NCBI GenBank assembly: GCA_965644265.1 | Contig: OZ286476.1 | Location: forward strand, 4,650,001-4,714,000 | Origin: Glycera tridactyla | Taxonomy: Eukaryota | Reading direction: 5' to 3' | Length of the DNA stretch: 64,000 bases | Part shown: in pieces, positions 23,867 to 33,955 of the stretch | How positions within the stretch are numbered: position 1 is the stretch's first letter | Layout: every line of letters starts with the position of its first letter | Notes under the pieces: model-generated | Databases searched by the model: none | What the model was told of the DNA's origin: nothing | What the model saw: only the letters and a program-made list of their open reading frames with translations | Program-made: the position numbers and the translations under genes

Positions 23867-26761
23867 TTACTCAGCAATTTCTTTGTAACCAAATAGAGTT
23901 TTAAGCTTAGCACGATAAGTTGACATTGTTTCTTGGTTGCGGATATCAAAAGGTAATTCGTTCCAATATCTGACACAACGGTACAGAAAACATCCATCAT
24001 AAGTTTTCAGTTTGTTTGTTGGAAGAGCCAAAATTTTTTGCATAGAACGCCTTGTGATCCTCACACTGCTCACATTCGGCGATAAGGAGTGATATAAGGT
24101 AGTAAGACCACATGATGATTCTCCGTTAGTTATTTTGAAAAACTCCAACAAACAGTGGTGTTGACGATGGACTGATAGTGGCACAAGTTTTGCCGAGGCA
24201 AGCAGTTCAGCACTACTGGTCCAGCGATCTTTTACCAAGGCAACACGTAATACAGCGTTCAGTATTCTGTCTAGTCGCGTGGACTGGGTACTGGTTAAAC
24301 CATCATATATGACATCACAATATGTGAATACTGGCAGAATAAGTGATTTAACCAAATAAGTAGCCGTCCGAGTATCAATATAATTTCTTATTCGCCGTAG
24401 GATAGATAGCCTTGATTGGATTTTCCTTATTACATGATCTACATGGCTTTCGGAAGACAGACGCGGGTCCAAAAAAACGCCAAGATATTTCATTGAGGTC
24501 ACAGTTTCTATACCTGGAATCCTCGAAAGCAAGTCAGACTGTCGAATCCTACCTGGAGTTCCGAAGAACATAGTTTTGCTTTTGTTGCGATTTAGAGTCA
24601 AGCGATTTTTTGCCAACCAGACCTCAAGCCTACTCAGATCGGCTGCTAAAAGGTCCCTAACCGAGAGAACATAAGAGGAATGTACCATAATCGCGGTGTC
24701 ATCAGCATACATAAAAGCTTTGGAGTGCTGCAGGACCCTCATCAAGTCATTAATGTAAACGACAAAGAGGAGCGGACCCAATATTGAGCCCTGCGGCACC
24801 CCATAGCTAATAACATCATAGTTAGAAATACAGTCCATATATTTGGTCGCTTGTGATCTCTCGGTTAAATAAGATCTGAACCAGGCAAGGCAGGAGCTTC
24901 TGGAACCATAGGTTTGTAGTTTGTCGATTAAAATGTCATGATGCACAGTATCAAATGCCTTTGTCAGGTCCAGGAAGACCACCCCACTGCATTCTCACCT
25001 TTCCATAGCGGCGTAAAGGTTGCTCGTAAATTCTGCAAGGCATGTGACAGTGGCGTGGCCTTTCCTGAAACCTGACTGGCTGTCTGATAGGATACCATAT
25101 TTTCGCATGTATTCTTGACACTGAGTATGCACTAGCCTTTCTAAAATTTTACCAAAGGTGGGGAGGACCGAGATTGGTCGATAATTCTCTCTATCATCGC
25201 ATGCTCCTCCTTTATGGAGAGGGGTAATATTCGCCTTCTTCCATATGTCGGGAAAGCGTTTGTCTAAAAAGCTCCTATCAAACATGTGTAAAAGGGTAGG
25301 TGCAAGTTCATGTTTGCATTCCTTCACTAATATGCTAGTTATCATGTCATGACTACACGATCCTGAGGACTTCAGCTCATCAATGGCTATGATGACGTCA
25401 CTTAGCTTGAGTTGCTTAAACTCAAAAACTGGTGCTCTCCTCCCTAAGCAAGCTGCATCAAATTGATCAATGTTTTCGAAAGCTCCGGCAAGTCTACTGC
25501 CAACACTTACAAAATGTTCATTTAGATAGTTAGCTGCATCGCCAAAAGTAGTAACTCCCGGGAAGTTGGGGCTGTCCGGCAATTTAGCTTTTATTTTTGG
25601 CCAGAAGGATCTGATAGATTTCCATAGTTTGCGTGGGTTGTTATGATGTATATTTATTTGATTGGTGATAAAGGATCTTTTCAGCTTTACTCTCATATTG
25701 GAGCAAGTGCGAGCCAGCTCTTTTAAGGACATTTCGTCCTTGTGCTTTTGGCTTCGGGCAAACTTGTTTGCTAAGCGTTCCCTTTCTTTCAGAAGACGTG
25801 AATAGGAATTTGTTGCCCATGGGACATTTATTTCTCGTTGCCGACATGTTCTGACTGGGAAATGCTTGTCAATGACCTTTAGCATCAACTTGTTCAAATG
25901 TTTGGCAGCAGATTCAATGTCAATGAAGGCAAAAACATCGAAGTGTATCGCAGCTATGTCTTTTTTCAAATCTTCAGGACATGCGCAATTTTGGACTCTA
26001 TAGGTTGAGTCAATCTTCTTCCTACTTGCGGCAACTCTCCTCCTCACACAGAATACCAAGTGATGGTCTGAGAGACCAGGGTCAAGAACTCCAGAGAAAC
26101 CGAATTGCTTGGGGTTATTTGAATAGATATGGTCAATGGCAGTAGATGAATTTGTTGTGATACGGGTTGGGTCAAAGATTAAATTTTGCAAGCTATGATC
26201 ATTCAAAAAACCCTTTAATCTTGTAAGTTCATGTGATCTGACTAGGCTATTAATATTCTGGTCACCCATTATCACTAAGTCAAAAGGTTTATCCATAGAG
26301 AGTCTAGATATAGAGTCTTCTAGTTCCTGTAGAGCTAGGGGTACACTACCAGATGGGGGTCTATAAATGCTGGCAATATAGGTCGGGCGCGTCGAAGGCA
26401 GTCTCAATTGAACCCAAAGTTGCTCGAGATTCAGGGAACATCTGCATAATGTTGGTAACTTAGTGTAATCATGGCCGGAACTAGCAAAAATCAAAATACC
26501 ACCACCCGAGCTTTTTCCAGATGCCAGATTGCGATCCTGTTGAAAGACATTGTAGCCTTCGATCATCAACTCTTCATCAAGGATCGAGTAATTGAGAAAA
26601 GTCTCAGAGAGACATAACATTTCTAGTTTACTGTTTTTCAGCATGATAGAGATGTCATCAATTTTTCTGCTTACGCTTCTAATATTGATTGCAGCAAATA
26701 CCATTTTCCTCTGATTTGCGAGAGAATAGCAAGAAGTGAGTAAGTTAGTTTGATTAGTCAT
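23867..26761 (-). pseudogene. LINE ORF2 (AP endonuclease plus reverse transcriptase), one in-frame TGA
   Basis: APE motifs (NIRS, LCLSET, IYRPP, GDQN, IDHIY) and RT motifs (YRPISVLP, GFRKGH, FLDLTKAFD, GVPQGSILGP, YADD). The two listed ORFs share one frame, separated only by TGA at 24995-24997 (MER*ECSGVVFLDL). Confidence 0.95.
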
Positions 26762-27044
26762 AACAAAGGGTGAAAGCTGTTTGATAGATTACTAGGTAGC
26801 CAGAGAAAATAATTCGAGGTGGTACGATGTACTGCAGAGTATAAAAGCAAGGTTGAAACTAGAGCTCACTCGACTATGGGTAATTATAGATCAAATAAGC
26901 AGATGCAGGCATAGGAGAAGGATATAATTTGGAATCCGATTAAATCATATGTCTATCCTTGGATATCTTCTCACAAACAACCACGACATAAGTAACATAA
27001 GTAACCCAAGATCTCAGCAGCGACACAGAGCCACATAATCAAAA

Positions 27045-27660
27045 AGGAAAAAAGAAACATAATCTATGTCAGTTTTCTTTAGGTCACATGGAGAGCTAGA
27101 GATATTTGTCATACAATTTAAGGCCATCCCAAAAACATATGAGGGTTTGTACATCTATCATCAAATATGTATTCGCCACCAAAAAACCAGAGTGGTAGCA
27201 GAAGTTCTCTACATCAAAACTAAAGTCTCATGATCAGATCCAAAGCCGGAATGAAGGAAATGCACTGTCGGTTGACTCAAGTGATATAGAGAGCTAAGAA
27301 CAATTGCCAGTCGATCGGAGACAATCATAGAAGACGTATAACAATTTATACATCTATTATCAAATATATAAATAAGCATATACAAGCATAAGTTCTCAAC
27401 ATCAGAAGCAACGTCTCATAATCAAAGAACCAAAAACGAAAAAACAAACGAAAGAAAAGTATGCACCGTCATGTGTATTAAGTCATATAGAGAGCTAAGT
27501 ATGTTTGCCGTTTGCTTCAAGGCCGACAAAGGAAACGTGTGACAAAATTGACATCCAACCGACACCTAGAAATAGCATAGGGTCTCATCATCATCGCAAA
27601 GTTGCAAAGTCAAAGGTAAAAAAAAGATAAACTATGTCAGTTTATTCTAAGTCGTAAGTT
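27045..27660. repeat. Degenerate roughly 200-bp tandem repeat, about 3 copies
   Basis: gagagcta, tacatctat(c/t)atcaaatat and agttctc(t/a)acatca...gtctcat blocks each recur at about 200-bp spacing. Confidence 0.6.
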
Positions 27661-28012
27661 GGGATGGTTGTTACTCGATCAGCATCCCATATAAGAAGTG
27701 TGACAATTTATAACTCAAACGTTAAAGTTTTAAAATGTCAAAATGTCACCACAACCAAGTCTAATAATAATAACATAAGGAGTCGTAGACTCAGACTCTT
27801 GCAATCGACGATGGCAATATACAGAGAACAGAGGACTTTTGTCCATCATTTCAAGAACTAATTCTGATAAGTCTGATAGACATCTACCAAAAACATTTCC
27901 AAAGCAAGGCCATTCATTGGCAAAGCCCGTAATATTTTCGATTGGTGAGATGGTCTTTGGGTGATGCGAGAGAGTTTATCTGTCGAAACGGGCCTGTATA
28001 GATGACCACACT

Positions 28013-29475
28013 TGGATGGTTCTTGATGTTTGAAGCCTGATGGTTCTTAGGTAAAGACACACCTGGCCCGGAAGCCAATATGCAGCGCTTGATCTTATGG
28101 TCCGATGGTTCTCAAATAAAGACACATCAGGTATCTAACAGTCCCATGTGTAATAGATGGTTTTAAGGTAGAGGCGCATCCGTCACAAAAAACTGGCATG
28201 CAGGAGTTTAAGCACACAGATGGTTCTTAAATGAAGACACATCTGGTATTTTAGATTAGCAAGTGTCACAGATGGTTCTTAAATGAAGACAGATCTGAAA
28301 AATAAAGATAAAGATACAACCATCCCAGGAGGCTGATAAGCAGGCGTATAGCACGTGAACCGGATGGTTCTCAAATAAAGGCACATCTGGTGTGCTGGAA
28401 TAAGGGGTGTCGCAGATGGTTCTTAAGTGAAGACACATCTAGTAACTGACGATAATGGATCGAGGCAGGTGGTTCTTAAATAAAGACACATCTGCCATTT
28501 CGACCCTATACTCATATCGCTGCTGAGGATTATAGAAGAGGGAAGGAGAGTCAGATGGTTCTTAGGTAAAGACACATCAGCCCCTTATTCCGGTTTACAG
28601 CAGATGATAATGAGAAAACCAGCTGGTTCTTAAATAAAGACACATCTGGTATCTTGAGGTGATGTAGGAAGACCAGATGGTTCTTAAGTGAAGACACATC
28701 TGACTTTGTAAACATAGGTCGGCTGTATATCCGTGGTAGATGGTTCTTGAGTAAGGACACATCTGGTGAGCTAGTGATGTTGAGTGTGGACTCGATCACA
28801 GCAATTGGCAAACGATCGGAAAACGATGGTTCTTAAGGATAGACACATCTTATACAGTTGTATGAACACTAAAACCGGATGGTTCTCAAATAAAGACACA
28901 GCTGGTATGTGGAGATGGTAGATGTAGGCTGGTACCTCTCATAAAGAGGCGTAGGTCCCATAAAGTGGTATCCCTAAGTGACATCTGGTGTCTCCTGTGT
29001 GTCATCACGTGCCCAGTGTGGGTTTCGCTCTCTTCACTTGGAATGTCTTGGTCCCCATACATGTCTTGCTCTTGAAGATAATGAAAGAAAGACTTATGGT
29101 TCTTAAATAAAGACACAACAGCCCCTTATACTTGGTGCATAACAGATGGAAACGGGAGAACCAGATGCTTCATAAAGAATGGTACATCTGGTATCTGGTG
29201 GTGATGTAAGTAGCCAGACGGTATTTAACTAAAGACCTATCTGACTGTAGAACCAAAATCCGGCAGTAGAGCACGTAGCAGACGGTTCTTGATTACAGAC
29301 ACATCTGGACATTCTGTGGTGTTGAAAGTAGGCAGTCGATGAAGACATATCAGCCCCATACACTCTGTCGCAGCAACTGACAAGTGTGGAACAGATGGCT
29401 CTTAAATAAAGACACATCTAGCACAGCCGTTAGGACACTAAGACCAGATGGTTCTTAAATAAAGGCACATCTGGT
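28013..29475. repeat. Array of about 20 palindromic 29-bp repeats (cagatggttctt-aaata-aagacacatctg) with 25-65-bp variable spacers
   Basis: Repeat cores at 28039, 28104, 28156, 28219, 28271, 28363, 28415, 28468, 28554, 28622, 28676, 28739, 28825, 28878, 29095, 29164, 29217, 29281, 29394 and 29447, plus degenerate copies. Confidence 0.92.
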
Positions 29476-29744
29476 ATCTGGTGATGGTAGATCTGAGCTG
29501 ATGCTTCCCAGATGGAGACATGTAAGTCCCTTCAAGTAATAGCCAAGAGTGACATCTGGTGTCTCCTCTGTGTCATCAAGTGCCCAATGTAGCTTTCGTT
29601 TCTGACCTTGGTATGCCATGCTCACAGTAGCCCAGAGAAAAATACAGATCCTGTGATCCATCTTAGTAAGTCGGGCATTATAGATATCACTATAAGACAT
29701 AAAAACCTCAGTAATAGTAAGTGTCTGAAATCCCATTTTTCTTC

Positions 29745-30686
29745 CTAATGTTTTACAACCACCGATTTTACTTTGGGTTGTGGTTTTTGGACGGTGCCAA
29801 CAGAGCTGAAGACAGCACAGACCATGTCACGGACGATCGCTATGTAGCCTATTTGTTCAAAGTGAGTTCCATCTCTTTTCAGATATCCCTCCACGATGTC
29901 ATCATATGCCGGGTTTGTCTTTTTGTTACCTGGTTGTTTGTAGATACTCAAATAAGCATTGGCTCGAATCGAGTAGGGTTTATGCTTGTGTTTAGCAATG
30001 TAGTAATTCAGACGAGATGATAATTCTCTGGCGGCCAGCGACCACCAGGCCCTTGAAAAAATACATTGAAAACTCATCGGGCAACCATTTGCGATTTCCT
30101 GAAATTTTGCAAGAAAGTTAGAGATGACAGGGTGCATATCAAACTCCCATTCATCAAGCGCTGCTTTGACTTCAACGTCGACAAAACGCTGTGGGAATAC
30201 TCTTTGTAGATACCTCACATGTAAATCGAAGTGTTCGATGTCGTTACCACCTAATATGATGACACAATATTTCGGCCTGTGATTGAGTTCTGTGTATCGA
30301 GAGATAGAGTTGCCATATTTCTCGCGCTTTCCCATGTCGACAAAATCTCCTTCAAGCCATTTCAATGCATTAATAAATTTCATTCCGCGTATGCCTATGA
30401 ATTTGGCTTTACGTGTCATTCGCTGTAGATGGATCGGGAAATCTTCACATTTTATGGTTTCGCTCATGTCCTCGACAAGAGAGTCACCCACAACGAGGAA
30501 CGGTGGAGTGCCATGTGTCCTGACATGACCTTCGGCAGTCCGGATCCTTTCAAGTTCATCTAATGGGTGTGCCTGATTGTTGGCTTGTTCAATGCTATCT
30601 GCGGAAATTCTCACCTGGTTTCGATAGTATTTGTACTTGTAACGCTCAAAGATGGGTACTTTGTGTGTTTCGCCACCTGTCGCCAT
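29745..30686 (-). CDS. SGNH/GDSL-fold hydrolase (esterase-like), 313 aa, intact
   Basis: Block I VVGDSLV, block II IRG, block III ILGGND and block V RDGTHF (DxxH). Confidence 0.8.
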   Translation of the reverse strand: MATGGETHKVPIFERYKYKYYRNQVRISADSIEQANNQAHPLDELERIRTAEGHVRTHGTPPFLVVGDSLVEDMSETIKCEDFPIHLQRMTRKAKFIGIRGMKFINALKWLEGDFVDMGKREKYGNSISRYTELNHRPKYCVIILGGNDIEHFDLHVRYLQRVFPQRFVDVEVKAALDEWEFDMHPVISNFLAKFQEIANGCPMSFQCIFSRAWWSLAARELSSRLNYYIAKHKHKPYSIRANAYLSIYKQPGNKKTNPAYDDIVEGYLKRDGTHFEQIGYIAIVRDMVCAVFSSVGTVQKPQPKVKSVVVKH

Positions 30687-30756
30687 CTCCTATTGTTGGA
30701 AATTCTCGTTGATAACGTTGTCGCTGTGTCATGTGTTGTGTTCTTGCTCTCGGTTT

Positions 30757-31062
30757 ATATAATTTTCCGGCGGTAAATTCATTTTTTGGAAATGGCCTTT
30801 GACTTGGAGGTTTATACTAGTTCCTTTCCTTGCCGCTAGATGGCTAGAAGTTTGACCCCTCGTGTTTTCTCTATGTAAGTCTTTTTTAGACGCAATTTTT
30901 TCACAAGAATAATTTATTTTAAGTGTCGTCTTATTTATGATTATATTATTCTTTATATACATGAAAAAGATTTATGTTGCAGGACTTCATGATTGTAGGG
31001 GGCGTCTTGGCTCATGTATAAAAGCGGTTGTCAGCCATGATTCTGCCTCACTTCCGATTATC
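30757..31062 (+). repeat. Ngaro repeat A1 (306 bp)
   Basis: Direct repeat of 37053-37358. One mismatch was seen (30963 G vs 37259 A). Confidence 0.95.
31017..31054 (+). promoter_or_regulatory. Putative Ngaro promoter (TATAAAAG plus Inr-like TCACTTC)
   Basis: TATA at 31017-31024 and TCACTTC at 31048-31054, at the end of A1. This is where the split-repeat replication model places the transcript start. Confidence 0.55.
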
Positions 31063-31097
31063 TCTGAAGGTACTAGGACCACTTTGTGTTTGTTATC

Positions 31098-31844
31098 ATG
31101 GCTTGGTTCAGTGGTAAAGCACCGTACATACCAATTGAACAATGGTTGGGGCGCCAACCAAGTCTTTGTTTCCTTGGTCATTCACTTATAAAACAACAGG
31201 AAGATGTGCTTTTAGAACGATTGGTTAAGCTCGGCTTACAAAGTGAAATCGACCACGGATATATTTCAAGAGGTCAACTATTTGCGAACCTGTTGGACTT
31301 AGACGAGACATTTTGTGTCGCGAACTTCCGTCATTGCGTATACCTGAGAGACTACGAACAAGATGACGAAGAAGTGGCTGACGAATTGTTAGCTCAGTCT
31401 ATATTGAAACCGGACTTATTAGTTCTCAACCTAGGAGGTAACGACCTTACTTTGGACCATGTTAACCCTCGTGTTTTGGCAAAGGATTACTACGACTTGG
31501 CAGTGCAATTGCGGAAAGCATGTAAAATCAAGGTAGTGGTTCTTTTATCATGCATTGAAAGACTCATCGGCCATCCGAATTTTCGAGAAAGGGCAATGAT
31601 TTTCAATAAGTACACGGAGCAATATTGCGAAGGAAAATTGGGTATTCAATTTTACCACGTGCGAGGATTTGGATCTCTTGTCGAAGGTGTGCCTTCGACT
31701 GTAAAATCATGGAGCGCGGATTGGATCCATCCAAAGCAGGACTCAAAGCATTTTCATAGATATACCAAAGAAATTCGGCAAGCAGCTTTGTCTAGTTTGC
31801 CAGCGCTTGGTCGAGTGGTCCGAGGTTTCAATAGAAACTTCTAA
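31098..31844 (+). CDS. Ngaro SGNH/GDSL hydrolase ORF (248 aa from first ATG)
   Basis: Block I CFLGHSL (GDS to GHS), block III LNLGGND and block V ADWIHP. Confidence 0.8.
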   Translation: MAWFSGKAPYIPIEQWLGRQPSLCFLGHSLIKQQEDVLLERLVKLGLQSEIDHGYISRGQLFANLLDLDETFCVANFRHCVYLRDYEQDDEEVADELLAQSILKPDLLVLNLGGNDLTLDHVNPRVLAKDYYDLAVQLRKACKIKVVVLLSCIERLIGHPNFRERAMIFNKYTEQYCEGKLGIQFYHVRGFGSLVEGVPSTVKSWSADWIHPKQDSKHFHRYTKEIRQAALSSLPALGRVVRGFNRNF

Positions 31845-32035
31845 GTTTTCGGAAGTGAGCAATTTTTTCGCTGAACAGGGGGGGGGGGGAGGGGGGGAGG
31901 GATATATATTAACAAACATTACGACGTACACTGTTTTTTTTTTTTTTTTTGCCATTTCTTTCGAATTTTATTTTCAATTTAATTTTATTTTTATTATGTT
32001 ACTTTCGGTTCTGTCTCCCCCACATATGATTACAG

Positions 32036-33955
32036 ATGGCGAAAAGACATCGTCCTGATGATTTCATCAATCATCAACCTCGGAAGAAATCTGCAGAGCT
32101 AGGCAGACCGCATGATCCTTCCTTCTTCGATCCACCGCCTGGTCAGGTAATACACGATCCTTTCATTGATCTTTTGTCCGGTAGAACGACGCCTGTCGTT
32201 GCTTCAGGATCGTCTTCTGCGAGTCAGATTCCATGTGGTCAATTTCAACGTTCGCCTTCTCACACACAATCTAATTTAGGAACGACTGTTCCTAGCCAGC
32301 CTGATCACAGTTTAGGACCTAGGCTTGATACGTTTCGGAGTGCAGCAAACAGAGCTTGTTCTTTACAAAATAAACCAGTTCTAGGTGGCATAGGTCGACC
32401 AGCAACGAATGCTTCTCATAGTAATGCCCCTTGGAATTTTTCCACTGGTTTACATGGTGCAAACAAAAACCCTTCTGCCTCCTCAAAAGCCTTTCCTAAT
32501 ATGCAAAACTCTGTTTCTCAGCAGTCTATTGATGAGGTTCGTCAGGACATGCGGTCTACTATCTCCCTAGCAAGGCAGCAGATGTCTTCCATGAATTCCA
32601 TGTTACAGCAAATGCAGTCTACTATCGATTCTATGGCCGCCTGGCCTCAGCCATCCGCTCCTACAAGGTCGTCTGACCCTTCTACGAATTTCTCCAACAG
32701 AGGTATGTCGAACAATATGAACTCTCACACACAACATGTATCTAGTTTTTCAGCTGATACTGATGAACGATTGAACAATGTTCATAATTTATGGAGACCA
32801 CAGCTATCTGTTATTTCTCCTTTGCACAATAATGTTAATGTTAATGACCATATTACGACCAACGTTAACTGCCACACGAACAGTAATATGCAGCTCCCTG
32901 TTCAGCATAATTTCCCAAATTCTGGGTTGTTCCCTGCTGCTCAGTTTGCACAGGGTAATCAAGGTTTATCGCATTCTAATGTTGTTCCCGATTTACAGTT
33001 TTCTGTCAATCATGATTCCAACAACTTATCAGTTAATTCAGCATTAGAGCATATGAGACGCAATAGAAACAGTAAGGATGTTTCTTCTTTCAACTCATTG
33101 CAAATGGCAGCCAATACTCTAGGATTCAGAAATCCGGTTGATTCTGGTCCATCTGCTCACAACATTGTTTCGCCTTTCGGTGTTATTAATCCGGGCTATA
33201 CGGATGAACAGATAGGTATGTCTAGAGATCCTTCTGCACGCAATGTCATAACAGGTGGTCTACCTATAGGTTTTCATATTGATTTTGATACCAGAATTAA
33301 TATCTGGCAGGAAAAATACATAGATCTGGCCGACCTCTTGCAAGCTGAAAAGATAGCTAGACATCATTATGTTGTTGATGGAAAATCAGGACAGTTTGTC
33401 CTTGCCAAGAAAAGGAAGTTCATTAGAAATATACATGATTGGGATGAGGCATTCCTCATCTTTCAAAACATCTACAATCAACATCCCTTTAAATCTGAAC
33501 AAGTCAAGGCAAAAGAAGGTAGACAATTGTTAGCGTACATAGCGGAAATTCGTGAGATAGACTCGGAAGGAGGCAACTTTAAATTTTATGATGAAAATTT
33601 TCGCTCTCTCAGATCTCAGATGGTTACTCCTTTTCCTTGGGACACTTTTCATGCAGTCTTGCATCAGAAGGCCATGAAATCACCTCGTGTTGCTGATGTT
33701 TCTGCAAACAAAAATAATCAAAACAAACAAGGAAAACAGCGCATTCAAAATGGTTTCTGCCAGTATTATCACGCGCAAGATAAGAAATGTATGTTTCAGA
33801 AATGTACGTACAAGCATTTATGTCCGTCTTGTAACGGAAAGCACCCCATTTATTTATGTAGGTCCGATGGGGCAGGAATCTCTGAAAAAACAGAATCTAA
33901 CAAAAAAAAGTCTTACTCGGGTAACGACACCCATACAGTATCAACGGATAAGTGA
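32036..33955 (+). CDS. Ngaro gag-like ORF1 (639 aa)
   Basis: Low-complexity Q/N/S-rich N-terminus and a conserved I..IW..KYIDL..LL / W.EAF.IF / W..YD..FR-like core. The C-terminal Cys/His cluster CQYYH..C..CTYKHLCPSCNGKH...C is typical of YR-retroelement gag. Confidence 0.85.
   Translation: MAKRHRPDDFINHQPRKKSAELGRPHDPSFFDPPPGQVIHDPFIDLLSGRTTPVVASGSSSASQIPCGQFQRSPSHTQSNLGTTVPSQPDHSLGPRLDTFRSAANRACSLQNKPVLGGIGRPATNASHSNAPWNFSTGLHGANKNPSASSKAFPNMQNSVSQQSIDEVRQDMRSTISLARQQMSSMNSMLQQMQSTIDSMAAWPQPSAPTRSSDPSTNFSNRGMSNNMNSHTQHVSSFSADTDERLNNVHNLWRPQLSVISPLHNNVNVNDHITTNVNCHTNSNMQLPVQHNFPNSGLFPAAQFAQGNQGLSHSNVVPDLQFSVNHDSNNLSVNSALEHMRRNRNSKDVSSFNSLQMAANTLGFRNPVDSGPSAHNIVSPFGVINPGYTDEQIGMSRDPSARNVITGGLPIGFHIDFDTRINIWQEKYIDLADLLQAEKIARHHYVVDGKSGQFVLAKKRKFIRNIHDWDEAFLIFQNIYNQHPFKSEQVKAKEGRQLLAYIAEIREIDSEGGNFKFYDENFRSLRSQMVTPFPWDTFHAVLHQKAMKSPRVADVSANKNNQNKQGKQRIQNGFCQYYHAQDKKCMFQKCTYKHLCPSCNGKHPIYLCRSDGAGISEKTESNKKKSYSGNDTHTVSTDK

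Noticed and set aside
28013-29475. Calling the array a true CRISPR locus
   Set aside because: The context is eukaryotic with no cas genes. Spacer length varies from 25 to 65 bp, the repeats are degenerate, and some spacers are diverged duplicates of each other.
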